Positions 18,686 to 26,573 of a DNA stretch of 64,000 nt are shown here, piece by piece. The position numbers were made by a program, and so were the translations under genes. The notes under the pieces are model-generated. The model was not told the DNA's origin, did not search any database, and saw only the letters and a program-made list of their open reading frames with translations. How positions within the stretch are numbered: the first letter of the stretch is position 1; each line of letters starts with the position of its first letter. Source of the stretch: Candidatus Bilamarchaeum dharawalense (GTDB lineage: Archaea > Micrarchaeota > Micrarchaeia > Anstonellales > Bilamarchaeaceae); the NCBI GenBank assembly GCA_902386555.1, contig CABMJJ010000009.1, forward strand, positions 25,680 through 89,679, given 5' to 3'.

Positions 18686-18985
18686 TTAGTCAGATTTTTT
18701 TATTCGATCAATGGTGTAACTAGTTTTGGAACTAGAACCAGGTTCTTCTTTTTTATCAAAGAAATACTTCATCAATGCATAGAGGATATACCAAAAACTA
18801 ACCATGGCAAAAAGAATCCCAACTAACCAAAACAAACCAACAATACCCAGACCAAAAATACTACCAAGAAGAATTATAGGGGAACCAAAAGCAAAAAGAA
18901 AGATAATTGCTGCCACTACAACAACGGCCAATATAATTATAACCGCAAGAGAAGCAGCAGCATACAAAATATCTTTTGAAGTCAT
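18686..18985 (-). CDS. Small membrane protein (3 TM)
   Basis: 99 aa, very hydrophobic. Begins 3 nt downstream of the AIM24-like gene's stop. Confidence 0.4.
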   Translation of the reverse strand: MTSKDILYAAASLAVIIILAVVVVAAIIFLFAFGSPIILLGSIFGLGIVGLFWLVGILFAMVSFWYILYALMKYFFDKKEEPGSSSKTSYTIDRIKKSD

Positions 18986-18988
18986 TAC

Positions 18989-19666
18989 CTAACCTTTTGG
19001 GATGTAGGGTATTATTTTCTGTGCTAGACTACTGGCAGGCATGGTCTGAAGCCATATTTTACCTGGGCCTTCCAAAGTTGCTAGGAACAGACCCTCACCA
19101 CCAAATAGCATGTTTTTTACTCCCTTAACCATTTCAACTTCGTATTTGATGGTTGGTTCGAACATGGCAATGGAGCCAGTGTCGATTTTCATTTTTTCAC
19201 CGGCCTTGAGATTCATTTCAAAGACTTCACCGTCGATTTCAACAAAGGCCAGTCCCTTGCCAGATAATTTTTGAAGCAAAAATCCTTCACCACCAAAAAG
19301 ACCAACGCCCAGTTTCTTTTTGAAAACAGTCTCTAGATTTACACTTTCCTGGGCAACAAGAAATGCATCCTTCTGACAGATCATCTCTTTACCCGGTGCA
19401 ATTTCTAGTTTGAGAATTTTTCCTGGGAATGATGGTGCAAAAGTAACAACACCGGTTCCGCTGGTTACTGTATATCTAACCATGAACAGAGATTCACCAG
19501 TAAACATTCTGCCAATTCCAGCAGATAGTCCACCACGCATATAGGATTCCATGTTTACATTATTACTCATCCAAACCATGGCACCAGATTCTGCAAATAC
19601 CTGTTCACCAGGTTCTAATTCGAGAGTCAACGCCTGCATTACTTCGCCTTCAATCTTGTTTTTCAT
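18989..19666 (-). CDS. AIM24/TIGR00266-family protein
   Basis: GESLFMVRYT, GGEGFLLQKLSGKGLAFVE and GGEGLFLATLEGPGKIWLQ are typical of the family. The start was moved to the ATG at 19666, which has a GGAGGT SD 8 nt upstream. The ORF track extends it to 19696. Confidence 0.7.
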   Translation of the reverse strand: MKNKIEGEVMQALTLELEPGEQVFAESGAMVWMSNNVNMESYMRGGLSAGIGRMFTGESLFMVRYTVTSGTGVVTFAPSFPGKILKLEIAPGKEMICQKDAFLVAQESVNLETVFKKKLGVGLFGGEGFLLQKLSGKGLAFVEIDGEVFEMNLKAGEKMKIDTGSIAMFEPTIKYEVEMVKGVKNMLFGGEGLFLATLEGPGKIWLQTMPASSLAQKIIPYIPKG

Positions 19667-19760
19667 ACAAATACCTCCAAAAATCAACCTACACAAAGTT
19701 ATTTAAGCCGAACTATAAAATAATCTTTCCACGAATCATACTATTAATTGAGGTAATGTA

Positions 19761-19874
19761 ATGGGTGCTAAACCAAGAAAATGGAAAAAGAAAAACAGAA
19801 TGCGCTGGAAATGGGTAAAGAAAAAGCGCAAACGATTAAAGAGAAAAATGAAACGAAGAGTAGGCGAACTCTAG
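19761..19874 (+). CDS. rpl41e: 50S ribosomal protein L41e (eL41), 37 aa
   Basis: My translation is MGAKPRKWKKKNRMRWKWVKKKRKRLKRKMKRRVGEL, which resembles eL41 (M.AKWRKKRMRRLKRKRRKMR). GAGGT lies 7 nt upstream. It is below the ORF-track length cutoff. Confidence 0.6.
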   Translation: MGAKPRKWKKKNRMRWKWVKKKRKRLKRKMKRRVGEL

Positions 19875-20852
19875 TTATCTGAGACAATTCGGGTCAAAAG
19901 ATAGATTATATGCCCTAAGTGCATTGATATATCTTGGACTCAGAATATTGACTCCGGCCTCCAAAATAGCAGAGGCAGATTGCTGGTCCTCTACCGTAGT
20001 GTCAACTTCAAGAGTTAATCTTCTGGACTTTGCATGCACCGCAGCAAGACGAAGATCGCGCAATGCAATTTCATCAGAAACTTCGCTAAATTTTCTGAAC
20101 CTAGGATGATCCTGTTTATCTGCTGGGACATAGCCACGCAAAATTAAGATAGATGGTTGAACGCCGGCAGATGCGGTGATATCCACCATAAAATTTATTG
20201 CTTCCATGAGCGCTAATCTTCGAGTTGGAAGTGTATGTTCAAACATATTGTAGATAAAATAACCCCTGAGACCAAAGCCCTCTTGACCAAGAATGGTGGC
20301 TGCTTCGTAAATATGCAGATTGGTTATCCCCTTACCCGTGGAAAGCCGAACATCTTCATCTGCAGTTTCAATTCCGCAGGCAATTTGTCTACGACTATCA
20401 ATTCCGAAAAGTCTTGTTATTTCCTGACCTACCTCTATTAGCCCCTTGGCTTCAATCATATCAGCTCTTGATTCAATAGAAACTTCCAGAATTCCAGAAA
20501 ATGCATGTCTCAAAAGTTCAAGCGTGCGATAAAGTGCAGCAGGTTGAATTGTTTTAGGATTTAGTAAACTGTCGCTCATGGAAATCAAAGAAAGCTTGAG
20601 AATGGTCTGCGGATTCACACCCTGTTTTCTAAGATCTTCCAGCATACCATAGATTTGAGTTTCGGCCTCGCTGACATGCAATGGCGAACCAGAATTTCCA
20701 TCCAAAAGACCCAAACCGCAAAAATCACATCTGCCATTTTTTTCTGCCCGGGAACAGTTTCTGGTCTTTAGAGTAACAAAAAGTTCTACACCTGTTTGTC
20801 TTCTAACCAAAGCTGGACGAATAGATGGAGGATAATGGTTAGGATCAGACAT
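19875..20852 (-). CDS. Radical-SAM-like protein with non-canonical Cx8CxxC cluster motif
   Basis: NCSRAEKNGRCDFCG sits near the N-terminus with a TIM-barrel-like length. The start was set to the ATG at 20852 (MSDPNHYPP) because the track start at 20885 lies inside the TATA box. Confidence 0.45.
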   Translation of the reverse strand: MSDPNHYPPSIRPALVRRQTGVELFVTLKTRNCSRAEKNGRCDFCGLGLLDGNSGSPLHVSEAETQIYGMLEDLRKQGVNPQTILKLSLISMSDSLLNPKTIQPAALYRTLELLRHAFSGILEVSIESRADMIEAKGLIEVGQEITRLFGIDSRRQIACGIETADEDVRLSTGKGITNLHIYEAATILGQEGFGLRGYFIYNMFEHTLPTRRLALMEAINFMVDITASAGVQPSILILRGYVPADKQDHPRFRKFSEVSDEIALRDLRLAAVHAKSRRLTLEVDTTVEDQQSASAILEAGVNILSPRYINALRAYNLSFDPNCLR

Positions 20853-20870
20853 GAAGAGTATTTGTGTCAA

Positions 20871-20896
20871 AGTGTTTATAAACATGTTTATATATG
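20871..20896. promoter_or_regulatory. Back-to-back TATA boxes for divergent radical-SAM-like and FkbM genes
   Basis: The sequence is AGTGTTTATAAACATGTTTATATATG. TTTATAAACACT on the minus strand lies about 23-30 nt from the ATG at 20852. TTTATATA on the plus strand lies about 24-31 nt from the ATG at 20918. Confidence 0.55.
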
Positions 20897-20917
20897 TTCA
20901 ATGGTATAGTGAAAAAT

Positions 20918-21703
20918 ATGGACCCAGTAACAAGAAAACTTCAAACAGCAGCAAGAGCTGTGCAACACTTGGATAATTGGGGAAAGTATTTACTTGATTG
21001 TGTAGGTTTAGCTGGCACTGACAAAGTGGTTTACGGATTTAGGGATGGAACCAGATTTCTAGTTCGAGCCGGCACCATGGACAGATATGTGCTTAACGAA
21101 GTATGGTTTAGAAGATGCTACTTGCCAGAGGGTTTTCAAATAAAGAAATCAGATGTGGTTGTCGATATTGGTGCACACATTGGATTTTTTTCGGTTATGG
21201 CCGGACAAATGGCCAGGGAGGGAAGAGTATATTCCTTTGAGCCAAATCCAGATAATTTTGACCTACTTGGTATAAATCTATTAATGAACAATCTTGGAAA
21301 TGTTAGACCAATCCACGAAGCAGTGACAGATAGGAGGGGGTCAATAGAACTTTTTCTAAGTGACAAGAATACGGGAGGCCACTCTATTTATGATTATGGA
21401 GATAGAACCAACAGGGTTGTTGTTTCATCCACTTCGTTGCAGGATATTGTCAAACAACACCAACTGGATAGAATAGATTTCCTAAAAATGGATTGTGAGG
21501 GTGCCGAATACGAGATATTTAGGAATATCCCTCCAGAAGTTTTGAGATTGGTAAGAAAACTCTCCATGGAATGCCATTACCAGGGCGAAGGCAGAGAACC
21601 AGCATTGATAGTTGGATTGCTTCAAAGAAATGGTTATGTGGTAACTGTAAAAACCGACAACCACCTGGCAATGATTTATGCAAAACAGGGAGAATGGAAC
21701 TAG
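20918..21703 (+). CDS. FkbM-family SAM-dependent methyltransferase
   Basis: VVDIGAHIGFFS, VYSFEPNPDNF, HEAVTDRRGSIELF and DFLKMDCEGAEYEI match FkbM family motifs. The start was set to the ATG at 20918; the track start at 20894 lies inside the TATA box. Confidence 0.7.
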   Translation: MDPVTRKLQTAARAVQHLDNWGKYLLDCVGLAGTDKVVYGFRDGTRFLVRAGTMDRYVLNEVWFRRCYLPEGFQIKKSDVVVDIGAHIGFFSVMAGQMAREGRVYSFEPNPDNFDLLGINLLMNNLGNVRPIHEAVTDRRGSIELFLSDKNTGGHSIYDYGDRTNRVVVSSTSLQDIVKQHQLDRIDFLKMDCEGAEYEIFRNIPPEVLRLVRKLSMECHYQGEGREPALIVGLLQRNGYVVTVKTDNHLAMIYAKQGEWN

Positions 21704-21790
21704 AAAACGATCGAGATATGGGTTTTTAAATTCATCTCATAAAGAATTATCCTTACCCGTAATAACTACCATAGGTAGGAGGGGAATTTT

Positions 21791-22423
21791 ATGGACAAGA
21801 AAAAACTAGCCGAGGCCATTTCAAAGGCCCTTGAAGATAAAGGAAAAAAGAAATTCAAACAGAGCGTTGAGATAATTATCAACATGAGAGGTATCGACTT
21901 CTCCAAAAGTGAAAACAGACTCAACCTGGACATAGTATTACCTAAAGGTAAAGGTGGAAAGGAGTTGAAATCTGCGGTTTTTGCTGACGGAAGCTTAGCA
22001 GACGAAGCAAAGAAAGCAGGTGCTGATTTGGTAATTGCACCAGATGCAATCCCAGCCTACGCCGAACCATCTAGAGTAACTGATTTGGCAGATAACTATT
22101 TCTTGCTGGCACAACCAAATTTGATGGGTGTTGTTGCAAAATCACTTGGTCAGTATTTGGGTAAAAGAGGTAAACTACCAAAACCAATTACCGGAAATGT
22201 GGCAGATTTGATAAAAAGATCAAAGAATAGTATCAGAATTGTTTCCAAGGGTAAATATCTTCCAGTTGCTCAAGCACTTATCGGTACTGAAATCATGGGT
22301 GCAGAAGAGCTTGTGGATAACGCTGAAGCAGTCTATGATGCAGTGAAGAACAAGGTAAATGAAGGCAACATAAAATCAGTCTATGTCAAACTGACTATGA
22401 GTAAGCCTATCCGAGTATTCTAA
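21791..22423 (+). CDS. rpl1: 50S ribosomal protein L1 (uL1)
   Basis: 210 aa with a typical archaeal L1 sequence. GGAGGGG SD upstream. Confidence 0.92.
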   Translation: MDKKKLAEAISKALEDKGKKKFKQSVEIIINMRGIDFSKSENRLNLDIVLPKGKGGKELKSAVFADGSLADEAKKAGADLVIAPDAIPAYAEPSRVTDLADNYFLLAQPNLMGVVAKSLGQYLGKRGKLPKPITGNVADLIKRSKNSIRIVSKGKYLPVAQALIGTEIMGAEELVDNAEAVYDAVKNKVNEGNIKSVYVKLTMSKPIRVF

Positions 22424-22433
22424 GGTGATTTGA

Positions 22434-23288
22434 ATGACATACAAAATTGATGTTAACAGAAAAGAAGTTAAGAAAAAAGTAGAACAGGTGCAGAAGGCAA
22501 TCACAGACATGAAAAAGTATAAAACAGTTGCAATGCTTGACCTGAGAAAACTCCCAGATGCTCTTTTCCAATCCATAAGAAAAAGAATCAGAGAGGGAGG
22601 AGGACAGGTTCTTGTTCTCAAGAAACCAGTTGTAAGCAGGGTTCTTGCAGCAAACAAGAAATTGGCTGCAAAAGCAGGAGAATGTAACAAACCAGTGGCA
22701 CTTATATACACCAACCAGTCAGCCTATGAACTTAACACATTCTTCAAACAGAATAAGAAGAAAAGAGCAGCCAAGAGCGGCGATGTTGCAGTTACAGATA
22801 TTATCGTTTCAGAAGGTGAAACTGATCTTCCAGCTGGTCCGGCTCTTTCAGAATTGAAAGCGGCTGGTCTTAATGCCCAGATAAAGGCAGGTAAAATTGC
22901 AATTGTAAAGGAGAGTGTGGTGGCTAAAGCTGGCGAAAAGATAACCGATGCAAAAATTAAAGCACTTCAAACTCTTAATGTCATGCCATTTGAAATCATG
23001 GCAAACCTGATATTTGGTTTTGATGGCGAATACATTTACACAAGAGACTTGCTTGACATGGGCGATACAATAAATGCAGATATCGCAGTTGGCTTGTCTC
23101 AGGCACTAAATGTCTCGCTTAATGTGAAATATCCAACTGAGCAGAATATTAACCTGCTCTTGGGTGAAGCATTGAGACAATCGAGAGATGTGTCATTGAA
23201 TGCAGGAGTATACTCATCCAGCTCAATCGAGCAGCTTCTCTCCTCTGCCGTAAGACAGGGGAAGGCTTGTGAGGGCTTGGGTAAATAA
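22434..23288 (+). CDS. rplP0: 50S ribosomal stalk protein P0 (uL10), short form lacking acidic tail
   Basis: 284 aa with an L10/P0 N-terminal domain. Sits between L1 and L12 as in archaea. It ends ...GKACEGLGK with no Ala/Glu hinge. Confidence 0.9.
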   Translation: MTYKIDVNRKEVKKKVEQVQKAITDMKKYKTVAMLDLRKLPDALFQSIRKRIREGGGQVLVLKKPVVSRVLAANKKLAAKAGECNKPVALIYTNQSAYELNTFFKQNKKKRAAKSGDVAVTDIIVSEGETDLPAGPALSELKAAGLNAQIKAGKIAIVKESVVAKAGEKITDAKIKALQTLNVMPFEIMANLIFGFDGEYIYTRDLLDMGDTINADIAVGLSQALNVSLNVKYPTEQNINLLLGEALRQSRDVSLNAGVYSSSSIEQLLSSAVRQGKACEGLGK

Positions 23289-23308
23289 AAAGGACCAATG
23301 TCCTTTTT
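23288..23308 (+). terminator. Hairpin plus U-tract between P0 and P1 genes (possible attenuator)
   Basis: AAAAGGAC-CAAU-GUCCUUUUU lies directly after the P0 stop. A second small stem, CUCCU-UUU-AGGAG, follows. Confidence 0.4.
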
Positions 23309-23347
23309 GAATCTCCTTTTAGGAGAATAAATAATGAAGGTGAAAAC

Positions 23348-23653
23348 ATGAAAGTAGATCCATATTTGCATGCTGTGCTTTTATTGCACGGTGCCGGAAA
23401 AGAAGTAAGTAAAGACCACATCGTGGCAGTCATAAAAGCCAGCGGTGCTGAAGTTGATGAAGCCAAAGCAAAAGTTCTTGCTGAAGCAGTAAAAGGAGTT
23501 AACTTCGAAGACCTCTTGAAACAATCAACCATGGTGGCAGCAGCCCCAGTTGCAGCAGCTCCAGCAGCTGAAGCAAAGAAAGAGGAAAAGAAGGAAGACG
23601 AAGGCAAGAAAGAAGAACAGGCAGCTGAAGGTTTGGCTAACTTGTTTGGTTAA
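23348..23653 (+). CDS. rpl12: 50S ribosomal stalk protein P1 (archaeal L12)
   Basis: 101 aa. LLLHGAGKEV, an Ala/Pro hinge, a Lys/Glu-rich tail, and the ending EGLANLFG. Confidence 0.9.
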   Translation: MKVDPYLHAVLLLHGAGKEVSKDHIVAVIKASGAEVDEAKAKVLAEAVKGVNFEDLLKQSTMVAAAPVAAAPAAEAKKEEKKEDEGKKEEQAAEGLANLFG

Positions 23654-23742
23654 TTTTATTTTTTTATTTATTATTTATTTTAGTAGATCTAATTTTCAAA
23701 AAACATAATATCATATAAATTATTTGTAGTGCTTACTAGTCC

Positions 23743-25044
23743 ATGAGGCTAATTATTGTTGGTTTTGGACCTGCTGGCTTTGCCGCATCACTTTATGCAA
23801 GAAAACAAAATCCTGAAGCAGAAATCACTGTTGTCGATGGAAAAGATTACCTGGCACACAATTGCTACATCCCATTTGCCCTGGCCGGGATTGTACGATT
23901 GTCAGATATGAAACATGATCCAATGCTTGGGAAAATGAGAATCAATCATATCACCTATTCCAAAGTGGTTTCAGTAGACAAGGAAAATAAAAAAATTGAA
24001 ATCGAAAAAAAAGATGGCAGTAGAGAGAAACTGGAGTATGACAAACTGATTATCAGCACGGGAAGTCGAAGTTTCGTACCAAAAATAGAAGGAATTGATG
24101 GGGACAATGTTTACACTTTATATTCGTATGAGAGAGTAGAAGCACTTGAAAAGAAGATTAAGGAAAGTAGTTCGGCATTGGTTATTGGTGCTGGTGCAAT
24201 AGGTGTGGAAACTGCATTTGCTTTGAAAAAAGCAGGGTTGCAGGTTTCAATTGCAGAGGCAAAGGAAACCATAATGCAGAATTCGTTTGATTCCGAACTT
24301 GCAGGATATTTGCAGGATGAGATAAAGAATTCTGGGATAAATCTGCAGCTAAATTCAAAGGTTGAAAAAATTAATAGCAAAACAGCAATTCTGAATGGTT
24401 CCGAAATTCAAGCAGATCTGATTGTGCTTGCCACAGGAGTGGTACCGAATGCCCAACTTCTAGATGGAATAGCAAATAGCTCAAGATTGGGCATTGCTGT
24501 GAATGAACACATGCAAACTTCTGCAAATGATATTTATGCCGCAGGAGACTGCTGTGAAGCAACTAATCTTATAACTAAAAAACCCTGTTTTTCGAAACTT
24601 GCGACAACCGCCTATTTGCAGGGCATGGTGGCAGGAGTTAATGCGGTGGGAGGACAAAAAAAATATGCAGGAACCCTCACCACCTTCGTATCAAAATTCA
24701 TGAGTTATGAAATTGCATCAACAGGACTTACAGAAAATGATGCCAGAGCAAATGGTTTTGATGTTGTATCCTCAAGAATAAACGCAACTGCAAAACCAGA
24801 AGTTTTTCCAGATAATAATAAAATAATCCTTAAACTAATTGCAGAAAAGGGAAGTGGGCGAATTCTAGGCTGTCAGGGATTTGGATTCGGAGCTGCGGAA
24901 AGGATAAATTTGGTTGCCCAGGCAATATATTCCAATGCAAAACTAGGTGACCTGATTGATTATGAAAATGCGTACTGTCCGTCGGTTTCGAAAACCTATG
25001 ATATGCTAAAAGTCGCAACTGAGCTTTGCATTCGCAGGCTGTAA
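23743..25044 (+). CDS. NADH oxidase / CoA-disulfide reductase family flavoprotein
   Basis: IIVGFGPAGFAAS (FAD), a single redox Cys in HNCYIPF, GAGAIGVE (NAD) and AAGDC. Confidence 0.7.
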   Translation: MRLIIVGFGPAGFAASLYARKQNPEAEITVVDGKDYLAHNCYIPFALAGIVRLSDMKHDPMLGKMRINHITYSKVVSVDKENKKIEIEKKDGSREKLEYDKLIISTGSRSFVPKIEGIDGDNVYTLYSYERVEALEKKIKESSSALVIGAGAIGVETAFALKKAGLQVSIAEAKETIMQNSFDSELAGYLQDEIKNSGINLQLNSKVEKINSKTAILNGSEIQADLIVLATGVVPNAQLLDGIANSSRLGIAVNEHMQTSANDIYAAGDCCEATNLITKKPCFSKLATTAYLQGMVAGVNAVGGQKKYAGTLTTFVSKFMSYEIASTGLTENDARANGFDVVSSRINATAKPEVFPDNNKIILKLIAEKGSGRILGCQGFGFGAAERINLVAQAIYSNAKLGDLIDYENAYCPSVSKTYDMLKVATELCIRRL

Positions 25045-25060
25045 AGCAATTATAAATAGT

Positions 25061-26167
25061 ATGGCGCAAACCCATTGCATGGTACAGCGAACGCCTCTTT
25101 ATAATGAACATGTGAAACTTGGCGGTCACGTAATAGATTTTGCAGGCTGGGAACTTCCAGTATATTACACAAATATTATCGATGAGCATAATACCGTCAG
25201 GCAGAGTGTTGGACTTTTTGATATTTGCCACATGGGCGAATTTTTTGTTGAAGGAAAAGATGCCTTCACCCTACTCCAGAAATGTCTTACCAGAAATCTG
25301 GATGGAATGAAAATGAATACGATAAAATACAGCACCATGCTTAACGAAGGCGGGACCATAATAGATGATCTTCTATTCTATAAATTTAATGAACAAAAAT
25401 ATTTCGTAGTTGTAAATGCTGCAAATATTGAGAAGGATTTTAACTGGTTGAAAAAAAATGCAGCAGGTTTGGATGTGCAACTTTCAAATATAAGTGCCCA
25501 GACAATGAAACTAGATTTACAGGGTCCGAAGGCCCAGGCAACCGTTGCAAAAATTTCTGACATTGATTTTAATTCAATTAAGTTTTATCGTTTTGTCGAG
25601 GGCAAAGTTGCAGGTTGTGATTGTATCGTAAGTAGAACCGGATACACCGGTGAAGATGGTTTTGAGATCTACTCAAATGAAAATAATGCACCCAAAATTT
25701 GGAATGCCCTATTGGAAGCTGGAAAAGAGTTTGGTATCAAACCCTGTGGACTGGGTGCAAGAGATACTTTGCGTTTGGAATGCGCAATGATGTTGTATGG
25801 AAACGACATAGACGACCAGCATACTCCATTGGAAGCAGAATTGGACAAAATGGTTGCACTTGAAAAAACTTTCATAGGGAAGGAACCCTTGGAGAAACAA
25901 AAGGCTGAGGGAGTGAAAAGAAAACTTATTGCATTTGAAATGACAGATAGTGCCATTGCTCGCCATGGATATGAATTTTATTCTGGCAATAGAAAAATAG
26001 GAATTATAACATCGGGGAGCTATTGCCCAACTTTAAAAAAGCCCCTGGGGCTTGGTTATATTGAAACAGAGTTCTCAACTATTGGAAGCGAAATAGAAGT
26101 GATGATTAGAGGCGCATTGCATAAAGCCAAGGTAGTGGAGAAACCGTTTTACAAAAGGCAAAGGTGA
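25061..26167 (+). CDS. gcvT: Glycine cleavage system T protein (aminomethyltransferase)
   Basis: 368 aa. RTPLYNEHV, GLFDICHMGEF and SRTGYTGEDGFEI. Confidence 0.92.
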   Translation: MAQTHCMVQRTPLYNEHVKLGGHVIDFAGWELPVYYTNIIDEHNTVRQSVGLFDICHMGEFFVEGKDAFTLLQKCLTRNLDGMKMNTIKYSTMLNEGGTIIDDLLFYKFNEQKYFVVVNAANIEKDFNWLKKNAAGLDVQLSNISAQTMKLDLQGPKAQATVAKISDIDFNSIKFYRFVEGKVAGCDCIVSRTGYTGEDGFEIYSNENNAPKIWNALLEAGKEFGIKPCGLGARDTLRLECAMMLYGNDIDDQHTPLEAELDKMVALEKTFIGKEPLEKQKAEGVKRKLIAFEMTDSAIARHGYEFYSGNRKIGIITSGSYCPTLKKPLGLGYIETEFSTIGSEIEVMIRGALHKAKVVEKPFYKRQR

Positions 26168-26171
26168 TTTT

Positions 26172-26564
26172 TTGACAAACATTCCGAAAGATCTTTTGTA
26201 CACTAAGGAACATGAATGGATTAGAGTGGAAGGCGATGTTGGTGTTGTTGGAATAACAGATTATGCACAGCATGCCTTGACTGATATTGTTTTTGTGGAA
26301 TTGCCAGCGCAGGGAAAAAAGATTGATCAGTCAAAGGGATTAACAGTTGTTGAGAGCGTAAAAAGTGTCTCGGATGTTTATGCACCCGTGGCAGGAGAAG
26401 TTGTTGAAGCCAATTCTAGCCTCAAAGCTAACCCTGAACTGGTAAACCATGATCCCTATGGTAAGGGTTGGATTGCAAAGTTAAAAATCAGCTCCAAGGA
26501 CCAACTTAAAACTCTTATGGGTCCGGAGCAGTACGAAAAATATTTACAAGAACAAAAACACTAG
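26172..26564 (+). CDS. gcvH: Glycine cleavage system H protein
   Basis: 130 aa, TTG start. Lipoyl-lysine motif VESVKSVSDVYAPV. Confidence 0.92.
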   Translation: MTNIPKDLLYTKEHEWIRVEGDVGVVGITDYAQHALTDIVFVELPAQGKKIDQSKGLTVVESVKSVSDVYAPVAGEVVEANSSLKANPELVNHDPYGKGWIAKLKISSKDQLKTLMGPEQYEKYLQEQKH

Positions 26565-26573
26565 GTAGATATA

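Noticed and set aside
21704-21790. L1 autoregulatory mRNA site upstream of rpl1
   Set aside because: Archaeal L1 operons are known to carry a 23S-like L1-binding structure. I could not identify a convincing mimic by eye in this 87-nt leader.
23149-23607. 152-aa minus-strand ORF spanning the P0/P1 genes
   Set aside because: It is the antisense reading of the Ala/Glu/Lys-rich P1 hinge (GCN/GAA repeats give Ala/Ser/Phe runs). It overlaps two certain ribosomal genes.
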